Assembly (NCBI GenBank): GCA_965205015.1
Contig: OZ242029.1
Location: 4,800,001 to 4,864,000 of the forward strand
Direction: 5' to 3'
Length of the DNA: 64,000 bases
DNA from: Candidatus Poribacteria bacterium
Lineage (GTDB): Bacteria; Poribacteria; WGA-4E; WGA-3G
In this document: positions 18,280 to 28,771 of the stretch, piece by piece
How positions within the stretch are numbered: position 1 is the stretch's first letter
Layout: every line of letters begins with the position of its first letter
The notes under the pieces: model-generated
What the model was told of the DNA's origin: nothing
What the model saw: only the letters and a program-made list of their open reading frames with translations
Databases searched by the model: none
Position numbers and translations under genes: made by a program

Positions 18280-19011
18280 ATGAAAACACCTCACACACGC
18301 GAAAAACTCACGCAAGACTTCACCAATCTTGGTATTGCCCAAGCGGATACACTCTTTATCCATTCATCTTTCAAAAGTCTGGGACCCGTTGAAGATGGTG
18401 CTGGCACGGTGATCTCCGCGTTAGAGGCAGCAGTCGGGGCGGAAGGCTTGATTCTGATGCCGACTTTTAGTCTGTTACCGAGTCGGGAAGCGCGCGTCGC
18501 GGCGTGGGATGTCAACAAGACACCCTCTACAGTGGGCTGGTTGACAGAGTTTTTTCGGCAGATGCCCGACACCTATCGTTCCGACCACTATTCGCACGCC
18601 ATTGCTGCTCGCGGGAGAGACGCCAAGGCGTTCGTGTCCGATCACCGGCGACGTGAAGGCTATCAATCTCCGTGGGATCATTACCCGTGGGGCAAGACTT
18701 ACGGCACGCATTCACCGATGTTCCGTGCCTACACGATGAACGCCAAACTCCTCATGCTCGGTGTCGATTACCAGACCTCGACCTATATCCACCTCGTTGA
18801 GGTTATCCATTGGAACAAACGTCTCGCCGACGATCCACAGGCGGAATATATCCGTCTGAAACGTCCAGAACTCGGTGAATACTGGGAGCGTCTCGGTCAG
18901 TTGAAACAAGGGAAGGTGGGAGATTCCGTATGCCGGTTGTTCCACATCGAAACGTATGTGGACTCCCTTTTGGCAGAGGTAGCGCGCAATCCTGAACCGT
19001 ATGTCGTATGA
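18280..19011 (+). CDS. AAC(3)/YokD-family N-acetyltransferase
   Basis: FIHSSFKSLG, ILMPTFS, VGWLTEFFR, T.IHLVE. Confidence 0.85.
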   Translation: MKTPHTREKLTQDFTNLGIAQADTLFIHSSFKSLGPVEDGAGTVISALEAAVGAEGLILMPTFSLLPSREARVAAWDVNKTPSTVGWLTEFFRQMPDTYRSDHYSHAIAARGRDAKAFVSDHRRREGYQSPWDHYPWGKTYGTHSPMFRAYTMNAKLLMLGVDYQTSTYIHLVEVIHWNKRLADDPQAEYIRLKRPELGEYWERLGQLKQGKVGDSVCRLFHIETYVDSLLAEVARNPEPYVV

Positions 19012-20612
19012 AGGAGAGTCGGATGAAAGGAATCTACGGGGTGCTGCTTTTGGTGTGCTGCGTGCTGCACCTCTATAGCGAAATAGGGGAGTCTGCCCTT
19101 GCAGACGATTCCAATCAGAAGGTGGATGCAGATGGAAATAGGCACAATGTGCTTACGCCGAATTGGGTGCCACAGCCGAGCGACATGGCACGCGTCGAAG
19201 AACAGCGACTTTTGGCTGTCGTTAAAACCGCACAGACAGCATTGATTGACGCCCCTAAAGATGCAACGGCGTGGGGGCAGTTAGGCAATGTCTACTTTGT
19301 CCACGGATGGGAGGCAGAAGCCGCCGAGTGTTACCGACGTGCCATCGAGATCGCGCCCACCGAATTCCGCTGGTTATACTACCTCGGATTGATTACCTAT
19401 AAAGTCGATCCCCAAGCCGCCACCCAAACGCTTGCCGAAGCCATCAAACTTGATCCGCGATACGCGCCTGCCCATATCTACCGCGCCGCCGCCCTCCGAA
19501 GTCTCGGACGCTTAGCGCAAGCGAAAACGCATCTTGAAACTGCTAACGAATTGGATCCTCGAAATCCGTATGCGTCTTTATGGCTCGGTGAACTCGCGCT
19601 TGGCGCCCAACAGTTTGAAATCGCACAAAGCCACCTGCAACGTGCCTTAAAACTGAATCCGGAACAGAGCGAAGCACACGCCGCACTGGCACAAGTTGCG
19701 AAGATCCTCGGAGAAACGGACACCGCTACCCAGCATGCGCACGCCTCACGGAAACGAACAAAATACACACCGCTGCACGATCCACTGTGGTGGGATGTCC
19801 TGAAACTCGGTGTAACCGCACAACGCTATGCCGAACGGGGAAACCGATACCTACAACAAGGGGACTTCACACGTGCGGTCAGTGCGTTAGAGATCGCAGT
19901 ATCAGGGCTTAATAAGGACCCACATCTCTGGCTGAATTATGGAATCGCGCGCCTGCTCAACAAGCAATATAGTGAAGCCGCTGCTGTTTTAGAGAACACA
20001 TTGACTGTTATCCGCGACACCGAGAACACACCCCGGAATCCAACGGATATCGCTGATTTAAAAGTCCAATGCCACTACAATTTAGGAGTCGCCTACTCTC
20101 ACGAGGGCAAAATCGAGAAAGCGATTACCGCCTATCAAACAGCGATTCAACTTGAACCGAATTTTGCCGACGCTTACGGTGGGCTTGGGGTGATATATTG
20201 GCGAACTGGAGACCTCAATGCAGCGATGCGCCACTGCCAAAAAGCGATTAAGATTGCGCCTGAAAACATCGAGTTTCATCAAAATTTGACGCAGATGTAT
20301 TGGCAGCAGGGGATGTACGATAGAGCCGCAATCGGATACCGGATTATCCTCGAACTGAATCCTTCAGATGAAAACGCCCTGCATCACCTCGGCATCATTT
20401 TGCTGTCGAAACAGGAGTACGATGAAGCGGTTTCCTGCTTCCAAAAAGTGCTGCAACGCAACCCGGACAATGCGCTAACACATGGAGCTTTAGGAACGGC
20501 TTACTACAAACTCGGGGAGGCAGATCTCGCTATTCGTGAATTCCAAGAGGTGCTACGTTTGGACCCGCAGAATCAAAATGCTCGCAAAATGCTCGAACGC
20601 CTCGGATACTAA
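19008..20612 (+). CDS. Exported TPR protein
   Basis: Hydrophobic N-terminus; many TPR motifs. Confidence 0.85.
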   Translation: MKESRMKGIYGVLLLVCCVLHLYSEIGESALADDSNQKVDADGNRHNVLTPNWVPQPSDMARVEEQRLLAVVKTAQTALIDAPKDATAWGQLGNVYFVHGWEAEAAECYRRAIEIAPTEFRWLYYLGLITYKVDPQAATQTLAEAIKLDPRYAPAHIYRAAALRSLGRLAQAKTHLETANELDPRNPYASLWLGELALGAQQFEIAQSHLQRALKLNPEQSEAHAALAQVAKILGETDTATQHAHASRKRTKYTPLHDPLWWDVLKLGVTAQRYAERGNRYLQQGDFTRAVSALEIAVSGLNKDPHLWLNYGIARLLNKQYSEAAAVLENTLTVIRDTENTPRNPTDIADLKVQCHYNLGVAYSHEGKIEKAITAYQTAIQLEPNFADAYGGLGVIYWRTGDLNAAMRHCQKAIKIAPENIEFHQNLTQMYWQQGMYDRAAIGYRIILELNPSDENALHHLGIILLSKQEYDEAVSCFQKVLQRNPDNALTHGALGTAYYKLGEADLAIREFQEVLRLDPQNQNARKMLERLGY

Positions 20613-20656
20613 TTATGGTAAAATATACAATTACCTACATACCAGAAGATTGGCGA

Positions 20657-20734
20657 GTGAGTGGGCAGGTACAAGACCTGTGAGTGGGCAGGTACAAGAC
20701 CTGTGAGTGGGCAGGTACAAGACCTGCCCCTACA
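20657..20734. repeat. 3x 23-bp tandem repeat derived from a GTAG-type REP
   Basis: GTGAGTGGGCAGGTACAAGACCT x3, then GCCCCTACA; related REP TGTAGGGGCGGGGCTCCCCCGCCC near 23628. Confidence 0.8.
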
Positions 20735-21077
20735 AACTTACTGTTACCCATAAGTATACGGGGTGGGGTAGGATTCGTTGAGTTTTTCTTGTGTAGGGTT
20801 GCCCCTTGTGTTATGTTTAAAAGGTCTTCTGAGTTTGGTCGTCGAAAGTATCTATTTCTTACAATAGATGCAAAGATGACGATGACTGCATGGATGGGGA
20901 GGAATGTCATGGTCCTTTCGTTAATGGATGGGGGACATGTCGTTAATACCGTCAATATAGGCTGTGGCGTAGACCGTCACAACCTTATTAACTTTTCAGT
21001 GTGTGGTAGTTTCTACTGCCACACACTCCCATATGCTGAGTTTATTAGGTCTTCTGAGAAATTTCGGAGGGATACAG

Positions 21078-22076
21078 ATGAAACGCATATTCATCTCTTA
21101 CATGCTTAGTGTGATACTACTATGTGCGAACGGCACTCCGCTTTTCGCAAAAGCACCGACGACCTCTAAAATCTTGTTTACCTCTACACGCGACGGAAAC
21201 AGAGAAATATACACCATGAACCCAGATGGCAGCGAACAGGTGAGACTCACACAACATCCTGGAACTGATCTGCAAGCCGTCTGGTCACCTACAGGCGAAA
21301 AGATTCTTTTCATCTCCGATCGCGGGGGGGAGCGAGACCTTTACCTGATGGACCCAGATGGAACCAACGTTCGACGCGTCTTCAAGAGAAAAACGAAAAT
21401 TTTTAGAACCCATCCAACATGGTCGCCAGATGGCAAACACATCGCTTATGTGAACATGCAGTGGAATAGTCTTAATTCTGATATCCGCATTGCGCGCCTT
21501 GGGGAACAAGAGGATGAACATATTGCGAAAGGCTGGTATCCCGCATGGTCGCCAGATGGCACTGAAATTGCCTACTCTGTAGACCAGCCATTCGCGTCTC
21601 AACTGACATTTATCAACGTCCAGACACGAGCGCAGGCACAACCGCTACCCATAAAAGCACTGATTTGGCAATACGATCCTTCTTGGTCGGCTGTGGGAGA
21701 TAGACTTGCCTTTACTGGGAACAAGCATCCGCTACCCGCCATCTTGGATAGGGATCTTCATAACGCATGGAAGAAGAAACAGACGATCTACATCGTCAAT
21801 CGAGACGGCTCCGGTCTCAAACAACTTGTTGGTGAAGGCCGACCTAAGGCACAGTATCCTGCGCTATCTCCGCATGGGGAAGAAGTTCTTTACACACAGC
21901 AAAAGAATGGAGATTTCCAAATCTTCAAACTTAATCTAAACAGCGGGGTTCGGACGCAGTTGACGCATATTTCATGGAATACTGGGGGAGATTGGTTTGA
22001 TCCTGCGTATGCGTTGCCCGTTTCACCACAACCCCAGCTGCTCACGACAACATGGGGAGAACTCAAACAGGAGTAG
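21078..22076 (+). CDS. Secreted TolB-like (PD40) beta-propeller with C-terminal TTWGELK motif
   Basis: Signal peptide; WSPDG repeats; ends LLTTTWGELKQE. Confidence 0.85.
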   Translation: MKRIFISYMLSVILLCANGTPLFAKAPTTSKILFTSTRDGNREIYTMNPDGSEQVRLTQHPGTDLQAVWSPTGEKILFISDRGGERDLYLMDPDGTNVRRVFKRKTKIFRTHPTWSPDGKHIAYVNMQWNSLNSDIRIARLGEQEDEHIAKGWYPAWSPDGTEIAYSVDQPFASQLTFINVQTRAQAQPLPIKALIWQYDPSWSAVGDRLAFTGNKHPLPAILDRDLHNAWKKKQTIYIVNRDGSGLKQLVGEGRPKAQYPALSPHGEEVLYTQQKNGDFQIFKLNLNSGVRTQLTHISWNTGGDWFDPAYALPVSPQPQLLTTTWGELKQE

Positions 22077-22248
22077 GACCTATCGGAAACAGAGTCTTTC
22101 TCTACCTTGTCGATAAATTATTGTGAACGTAATATCAACAAGCTTCAAGTCCGACAGAAAAAAGGTAACTGATGAATGAACTCTCCTGAATTTGAAACCG
22201 CGTTTGAGGCACAATTTCAAAAACATACAAACGCATATCCACACGCCT

Positions 22249-22717
22249 TGGCACATTGAGGTCTATTTCAAAGTCCTGAAATCCGGCACCAAGGTGGAGC
22301 ACGCGCGATTGCAAACCAAAGACCGACTCCTGCGCTATATCGCTTTACTGAGTGTCATTGCGTAGCGACTCTACTGGATGACGCTCTTCAACCGGCACCT
22401 CCCAGAGGCAGATTGCACACAAGTGGTGACGGAAACTGAGTGGAGAGCGCTTTACGCCCTGACCCACAAGACCCGCACTTTCCCCAAGCCCCCCCACCGT
22501 TGCCCAAGTCGTGCTTTGGATCGCCAAACTCGGTGGGTTCTTGGGACGTCCGTCTGATGGTCCCCCCGGAGTGACCGTCTTATGGCGAGGGTGGCAACGG
22601 TTAACAGATATTTCCAACACTTTCGCGCTTTTTGACGAACTTGGAGAGAAGCAAACCTCTTAGAACTTAGAACCCCCAGCGACATACACCACAAAAAAAC
22701 TTGTGGGTAACAGTAAG
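22249..22717 (+). pseudogene. IS4-family (IS50/Tn5-like) transposase remnant
   Basis: WHIEVYFKVLKSG..E..RLQ, then IAKLGGFLGRPSDGPPG..VLWRG; TAG at 22363 and a frameshift near 22490; ends TGTGGGTAACAGTAAG. Confidence 0.8.
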
Positions 22718-22813
22718 CCCTACAAAGATGGGCATCACATTTGCGATGCCCATCTTCGGTTCTTTTGGTTGCGGAAACAGCGTCTACTGCCAATTTCCGT
22801 CCCGTAGGATAAA

Positions 22814-23614
22814 TTATTCATGCACCCTAAGATACCCGACCTTTAGTGCACCCCATTTTGTGGATAACTTGTCCGCTGCCTCAACGGCATAAACCCGATC
22901 CATTGCCTCTTGGATTTCACCTTGATCCAGCGCGACGCTCCAGATAGCGACCTCATCGACGCGTCCAATGTAATGCTCGCGATTCCCTTCACTGTTGCGT
23001 CCGATCGACACAGGAACATCGTTGGTATCAATTTTACCCTTGGCATTCCCCTCCACTTCGACTTCACCATTATAGTAAAGTTTCATCTGGCTCCCATCGT
23101 AAGTGGCAGTTACATGCGTCCACTTTTTCGGGGGCAAGTTTGAAGTCGTAGCATCGCCGATCCGCTTTTCTGTCCCCTTATCCACAGAGATAATAAACCC
23201 CGTCTTTCCATTATTACCGCCAAACTCATAGAACCCATAGACCATCCATGGCGCGGTATCGCCTGCCCACGTCTTCACAATAATACGCAACCACTCATTT
23301 GTGAACTCGGTCGGATACATCCAACACATCAAGGTGATTTCGTCCGTGATATCCAAAGAATCGGAATCTGGCACTTCAATCCACCCCCCGGCGTCGCCGC
23401 TCAATTCGACGGCGTCGCCGTGTTTGCCCTTGGCGATCTTTCCTTTGTGAATCGTTGCATCATTCCCGTGTTTCGACTTATCTATGGCGGTATCCCCTTT
23501 TACTTCGTCGAAGGAAAGGTAGAGTGCCATATCGTCTTCTCGGACAGCCTCACTCATCGTGCTGAATGCGACAACGCATCCCAGTGTCAACAGAAATATA
23601 GCTAAAACCTTCAT
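22814..23614 (-). CDS. Secreted LamG/concanavalin-like protein with C-terminal KWGALK motif
   Basis: Signal peptide MKVLAIF; W.HV.ATYDG...LY.NG; G.VDEVAIW. Confidence 0.85.
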   Translation of the reverse strand: MKVLAIFLLTLGCVVAFSTMSEAVREDDMALYLSFDEVKGDTAIDKSKHGNDATIHKGKIAKGKHGDAVELSGDAGGWIEVPDSDSLDITDEITLMCWMYPTEFTNEWLRIIVKTWAGDTAPWMVYGFYEFGGNNGKTGFIISVDKGTEKRIGDATTSNLPPKKWTHVTATYDGSQMKLYYNGEVEVEGNAKGKIDTNDVPVSIGRNSEGNREHYIGRVDEVAIWSVALDQGEIQEAMDRVYAVEAADKLSTKWGALKVGYLRVHE

Positions 23615-23753
23615 GAAGTTTACCTCCTGTAGGGGCGGGGCTCCCCCGCCCGATGAAAATTCAGACGGTTTCTGCATATTACAGCATTTTTCGGGTAACG
23701 CCCTCATTTTAGCACAGTTTCCATATTTAGGCAAATTTTGTGAATAGGCAACC

Positions 23754-24566
23754 CTATTCACTTGCGACGGATCCATCTGTCCTGCCCTCTGTATCTTCCT
23801 CAGTCGTCTCTGAGGTCTTTAGCCTGTAGACCTCCTCCAAAAACCTATCGTAGCCAATAAAGCCAGTACCCCCCATCTTGTCAACGATAGGACTGGCGAT
23901 GACGCGTGCGAGTTCCAATCGACGGGGTCCGGGAAGCGTTGCCCGACGCGCAAGATATTCACGTATCACCCCCATCTCCGTCTCTGTCACCAATGCGGGT
24001 TGTATCCAGGCAGTATAGACAAATTCTCGAGGTGGAATGCTGATGGGTGCGTCATCTGCGTGTGAACCGGCACCGGTAAGTCTTAACGCCGAGCGCTCCG
24101 TTTTAATGACAATTGTCCCTGCCGCGAGGTCCCCCAACCGCTGCCATTTTCTGTTCACCACCATACAAAGCAAACCTGTAGCATAAAAGAAAGGCAGAAA
24201 ATCGATAATCCGCACCAGATTCCGGATCGCAGCATCTGCAAAACCGAGCGGATAGCCACCCTCCTTGATAACACGTAGACCGAGGGCGCGTTTGCCAAGG
24301 GTTTGACCGTTCGTGGTAACCTCGGACACGATATAATAACCCCAGAACAGCGCGAAGACGATAACCCCTCCCACCGCGCCGAGCCAGTTGCCGACGATAT
24401 CTCCGAGTTCGGAGATAAACCGCCTATTGACGTAATATCCGACGAGTGAAATCAGCGTAAGCAAGGCGGTATCAATGAGCGCCGCATAGAAACGAGAGCC
24501 GATGCCTGCCTGCTGGAACTTTATATCAATCTGTTCCGGTGTTTCCACGGATACCTGTTCGTTCAT
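23754..24566 (-). CDS. RDD family membrane protein
   Basis: ETPEQI....AGIGSRF.A.LID; GQTLGK; QRLGDLAAGT. Confidence 0.9.
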   Translation of the reverse strand: MNEQVSVETPEQIDIKFQQAGIGSRFYAALIDTALLTLISLVGYYVNRRFISELGDIVGNWLGAVGGVIVFALFWGYYIVSEVTTNGQTLGKRALGLRVIKEGGYPLGFADAAIRNLVRIIDFLPFFYATGLLCMVVNRKWQRLGDLAAGTIVIKTERSALRLTGAGSHADDAPISIPPREFVYTAWIQPALVTETEMGVIREYLARRATLPGPRRLELARVIASPIVDKMGGTGFIGYDRFLEEVYRLKTSETTEEDTEGRTDGSVASE

Positions 24567-24672
24567 GTGTAGAAGTCAGGAACCTTTCCCGATAAAATAG
24601 GTTGATTTTTAATACGGATGGGTGTTTAATTAGGGGTACCAGTTAACGGTTAAAAGGATACCCCTTAAAAAC

Positions 24673-25629
24673 ATGACCCCAACAGAATTCATTGCAAAAA
24701 AACAGAAAACCTGGGACGAACTTGAGGCACTCCTCAACCGTTCACGCGGTGCGAGTGCGAGTCACCTCAATCGGCTCGGGTATCTATACCGTCGCGTTAC
24801 GTCCGATTTAGCGGTCGCCCGACGCGATTTCCCACAAGATTCGTGCGTCCCATATCTCAACGCCCTCGCCTCACGCGCGCACGCCGCAGTCTACCAGACA
24901 TCCCCTTTTAAGCGGGGTTCATTGCGTCAGTTCCTTCTCTCCGGTTTCCCGAAAGTCTTTCGAGAGAATCTTATCTTCATCGGCGCCGCGTTCCTGATGT
25001 TCACCCTCTCATTTGCGGCGGCGTACTGGATCGCTTTAAGCACACCTGAACGTGCGGAACAACTCGTCCCCGAACGCTTCGTGTCTCACATCAAAGAGTT
25101 AGAAGACGGCACCTGGAACGATACTTCAGCAGAAAACCGAAACCTATTTGCCTCTTTCGTGATGACGAACAACATTCGGGTCGCATTTTTCGCCTTCGCT
25201 GGGGGCATCCTATTCATGGTCGGCACCGCCTACGTTTTAGTTATCAACGGCATTATCATCGGTGCAGTCGCCGGTCTGTGTCATGCCAATGGAGTTGCCC
25301 TTGCTCTCTGGTCGTTTGTATCGCCACACGGCTATATTGAACTCACAACGATTTTCATTGATGGCGGTGCTGGATTGAAATTAGGATACGCACTCATCGC
25401 CCCATCCTTTTTTACGCGGAAACGGACGTTGACAGATGCCGCGAGAACCGCGATTCAACTGCTCGGTGGGAGCGTTGCCTTGCTCGTCGTTGCCGGGATT
25501 ATTGAAGGTTTTGTGTCGCCTTCCGGTCTCCTCCCCTCCGTCAAAATCGGTTTCGGTGCTTTGACAGGAATCCTACTGTTCACCTACCTCTTTGCAACGA
25601 AAACCCTCAAATCTGAGACCTCGCCTTAA
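24673..25629 (+). CDS. SpoIIM/DUF95 family membrane protein
   Basis: LYRRVTSDLA, NNIRVAF, PHGYIEL, AGIIEGFVSP. Confidence 0.9.
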   Translation: MTPTEFIAKKQKTWDELEALLNRSRGASASHLNRLGYLYRRVTSDLAVARRDFPQDSCVPYLNALASRAHAAVYQTSPFKRGSLRQFLLSGFPKVFRENLIFIGAAFLMFTLSFAAAYWIALSTPERAEQLVPERFVSHIKELEDGTWNDTSAENRNLFASFVMTNNIRVAFFAFAGGILFMVGTAYVLVINGIIIGAVAGLCHANGVALALWSFVSPHGYIELTTIFIDGGAGLKLGYALIAPSFFTRKRTLTDAARTAIQLLGGSVALLVVAGIIEGFVSPSGLLPSVKIGFGALTGILLFTYLFATKTLKSETSP

Positions 25630-26962
25630 GTTCTAAATACTTATTTACGACCGCCATTGTCAACTGATGCGCGGGAACATCAATCGTGATGACGCCTCGA
25701 CGCCGCAGGATCTCTAATGTCGCATGTTTCTCCTGCAACAACCGCTCAGCGATTGCTTTCTGGTAAACCGACTTGGAATCCGTAGACTTCTGTTCCGCCA
25801 ATTCAACGATCCCGGAGTCCGTCAAGGTCACACAAGCAACGAGGTGATGTTTAGAGAGTTGCGACACATAGGCGGCGATCCCCTCAGCGGAATCGTTATC
25901 CAAGATGTCCGTAAATAGGAGGATGAGCGCACGTTTGCGCTGCTTTGCGGCGAGATACTTGAATGCCGCCTCAAAATCGGGTTCAACCGAGTGAACAGGG
26001 AGCGCATAGATCGTTTCCAGCATCGTGAGAAACTGCTTTTTGCCGGGTTTCGGCGCAAGGTATTGATGAACGGTATCCGCAAAAGCGATCAACCCGACTT
26101 TATCCCCCTTGAATGTCGAGACATACGCCGTCATCAAAGTCGCATTAATGGCATAATCCAATTTAAGCATCGCCTTTTGCGACAGAACCGCTGTCGCGGG
26201 GAGGGCAGTCGCTTCCAAAAGGATCGGCGACGCCATGAGCCTCCCCGTGTCCAACATAATGACGACATCCTGGCTCCGCTCTGTCTCAAATTCCCGAACA
26301 ATCGGTTTCCGTTGCCGCGCAGTGGCGTTCCAATCGATACGGCGGAAATCGTCATCGGGAAGATATTCACGGAGTCGCTCCATCTCCGTGCCTTCCCCGA
26401 ACCGTCGTGAATTCTTAAGCCCGATCTGATGGAGCATCCCACGTTTCACCAGGAGCTCATATTGTCGGACGGCTTGTAGGTTCGGATACACTTTTATTTC
26501 CATCGACGCTGGCACCCGTCGTTGCCGGATGACAAGCCCTAAGATCCCCTGACCCCGCAGATGTATATCTACGAACCGATAAATTCCGCGTCGCAACGGC
26601 GTGAGTCGATACGATATATCTGTTTGGTCCATCGGCTCAACAGAACAGTCGTGGACGATCGCATCGAACAGAAACTCGTCGGGGAAATCGTCTTTGAGAT
26701 GTGCCTTGAGTGGGTAGCGCGAACGATTGATGACCTTCAGTGTCACGACGTTCTCCACGCCCAACGAAAACTTGGAATTCATCTCGCGATGAACCTCAAC
26801 GCCTTTAAAGAGTGGATTGGTAAGGTAATCCACGGCACTGACGACAAAAAGCACCACCAAATATGCGCCACCGACAAATAACAGGTTCGGTGAAACGCCG
26901 CTCAGCACAACCGGAACGGCGCCTATCAGTAAGAAGAGGAGGAGACGGTTGCTTAAATGCAT
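25607..26962 (-). CDS. DUF58 (vWA-like) protein
   Basis: LREYLPDDDFRRIDWNATAR; LDTGRLM. Confidence 0.9.
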   Translation of the reverse strand: MHLSNRLLLFLLIGAVPVVLSGVSPNLLFVGGAYLVVLFVVSAVDYLTNPLFKGVEVHREMNSKFSLGVENVVTLKVINRSRYPLKAHLKDDFPDEFLFDAIVHDCSVEPMDQTDISYRLTPLRRGIYRFVDIHLRGQGILGLVIRQRRVPASMEIKVYPNLQAVRQYELLVKRGMLHQIGLKNSRRFGEGTEMERLREYLPDDDFRRIDWNATARQRKPIVREFETERSQDVVIMLDTGRLMASPILLEATALPATAVLSQKAMLKLDYAINATLMTAYVSTFKGDKVGLIAFADTVHQYLAPKPGKKQFLTMLETIYALPVHSVEPDFEAAFKYLAAKQRKRALILLFTDILDNDSAEGIAAYVSQLSKHHLVACVTLTDSGIVELAEQKSTDSKSVYQKAIAERLLQEKHATLEILRRRGVITIDVPAHQLTMAVVNKYLELKARSQI

Positions 26963-27129
26963 TCTTTAATTATACCTTGCGGATAAATGATAGCATTTGT
27001 GATTTTAACGGTTTTTGTGTTCGAGTCGCCTGCGTGTTTTTGCTTGGGGTCTTTGCTTGGGTATTTCTGCGTATTTCTGCGTATTGTTGCAGGCTTGGTT
27101 TTCGCGTTTTTCATTTGCTGAAAACCATT

Positions 27130-28083
27130 CTATCGCGGAATTTCTGTCTCTGCGAGCAATCGATCAATCACATCGTCGGGCGTTAGACCCTCAATCTCGG
27201 CATCCGGCTTCAGGAGTATCCGATGCCGATAGACAGGCGGTGCCAAGAATTTGACGTCGTCGGGCAGAATATAATCCCGTCCTTGAAGTGCGGCGTAGGT
27301 TTTGCTCGCCAACAACAGCGCAATTGAGGCGCGTGGACTTCCGCCCAATACTAATTCATTGGACGCTCGCGATGCTTCCGCCAAACCGACAATATAATTG
27401 AAGATCGAATCCTCCACCGTGACGGCTTGGATCGCCTCCTGACATGCCTGAAGTGCTGCACTGTCAACGACACTCTCGATCCCTATTGTTTCCAAGCGTG
27501 TGGCATTAAAACCGCGATGATAGTTCATCAAAATCTCTGTTTCCACCTCTGGCAGCGGATAATCCACGCGCAATTTGAACAGAAACCGATCAAGCTGCGC
27601 TTCGGGAAGTGGGTAGGTGCCTTCGTACTCGATAGGATTTTGCGTTGCTAATACCATGAATGGCGGTGGGAGTTCATGGCGGACACCGTCAATGCTGACC
27701 TGCCGTTCCTCCATACACTCTAAGAGCGCCGATTGTGTTTTCGCCGGTGCGCGGTTGATCTCATCAGCGAGGAGGACATTCGTGAAAACGGGACCGCGCT
27801 TGAGGTTAAATTGGTTCGTCGTCAAATCGTAGACACTAGTACCGACAATGTCCGACGGCATCAGGTCAGGGGTAAACTGCACACGACTGAATTGCCCAGA
27901 GACTATCATTGCCAAGGTTTTCGCAACGAGTGTTTTCGCCGTCCCGGGTACCCCTTCTAACAGTACATGCCCCCCTGAAAACAGGCTGACGACAATCAGT
28001 TCAAAAAGCGCTGTCTGTCCAACAATAACTTTTTCTGCCTCTTGCTTCATCTTTTCAAAAACCGTTTGCACCAGATTTGTCAT
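27130..28083 (-). CDS. moxR: MoxR family AAA+ ATPase
   Basis: [42 protein letters not shown]. Confidence 0.95.
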   Translation of the reverse strand: MTNLVQTVFEKMKQEAEKVIVGQTALFELIVVSLFSGGHVLLEGVPGTAKTLVAKTLAMIVSGQFSRVQFTPDLMPSDIVGTSVYDLTTNQFNLKRGPVFTNVLLADEINRAPAKTQSALLECMEERQVSIDGVRHELPPPFMVLATQNPIEYEGTYPLPEAQLDRFLFKLRVDYPLPEVETEILMNYHRGFNATRLETIGIESVVDSAALQACQEAIQAVTVEDSIFNYIVGLAEASRASNELVLGGSPRASIALLLASKTYAALQGRDYILPDDVKFLAPPVYRHRILLKPDAEIEGLTPDDVIDRLLAETEIPR

Positions 28084-28313
28084 ATTTTAATTTTTCCTTA
28101 CGGTTCGGTCAGTTCGGTTCGGACATTGACGTTCCTTTGCGTATATCTACGGGAAACACCCAAGCAATACGCAGAAATACCCTATCAAAAACACCCTGCG
28201 CCGTTGTTGCAGGCTGCGCGTTTTGTTGTTTCTTTAGACACGAATCCCCTGGCACCTTAGGGAAAAAACGCCGAACGGCTGGTAACCTTTTCAGGTTAAT
28301 TTAGACAAACTCT

Positions 28314-28583
28314 TTAATCCTGTAAGACATTGTTCGTAGCGGCCGCCTGTTTCACGGCTTCAACGACTTTATCAACATCTTCACTCGGGACAACGATTTC
28401 GACTTTCAATTTCGGGGCAACTTCGATTGTTGGTTCCTCGATAAGGTATAGGTCGATATCCCTCCGACCACGCCAGAACCCGCGAACCTCGCTAACCGTC
28501 ATACGCCGAACGCCTACGCTGCTGAGTGCCTCCTGCACCTTTTCCAACTTAAAAGGACAGATGACACATTCTATTTTTTTCAT
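28314..28583 (-). CDS. Truncated or divergent P-II (GlnB-like) protein
   Basis: MKKIECVICPFKLEKVQEAL...MTVSEVRGF; PKLKVEIVV; lacks the GDGKIF B-loop. Confidence 0.7.
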   Translation of the reverse strand: MKKIECVICPFKLEKVQEALSSVGVRRMTVSEVRGFWRGRRDIDLYLIEEPTIEVAPKLKVEIVVPSEDVDKVVEAVKQAAATNNVLQD

Positions 28584-28598
28584 ACCATTCTCCCTATT

Positions 28599-28691
28599 TA
28601 GGACTTACGCAATTTCTATGGAAGACCTACGGTCCACACGCCGCTGGCGAGGTTTCAAACCTCGACAGCAAAGGCGGCTGCGTAAGTGCTG
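28599..28691. mobile_element. AGGACTTACGCA-ended MITE-like element
   Basis: TAGGACTTACGCA ... TGCGTAAGTGCT with an internal GGCGAGGTTTCAAACCTCG hairpin; similar hairpin near 38170. Confidence 0.65.
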
Positions 28692-28771
28692 TTATTGAAG
28701 TTATATTCCATGTGCTGCCTCTCAATCAAGACTTGCGATCAATCCAGATATCCAAAACCTCTTCCCGCAAT

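Noticed and set aside
18280-19011. Clinical aminoglycoside resistance gene
   Set aside because: Family membership only; chromosomal context with no integron or IS; substrate unknown
20657-20734. Possible mini CRISPR array
   Set aside because: Units are contiguous with no spacers and end in a GTAG-type REP; no cas genes in the window
22345-22793. Minus-strand ORFs of 91 and 113 aa
   Set aside because: Antisense to the IS4 transposase remnant
24673-25629. Evidence of sporulation
   Set aside because: SpoIIM/DUF95 is a routine member of MoxR-DUF58-RDD loci, and a lipid A acyltransferase indicates a diderm
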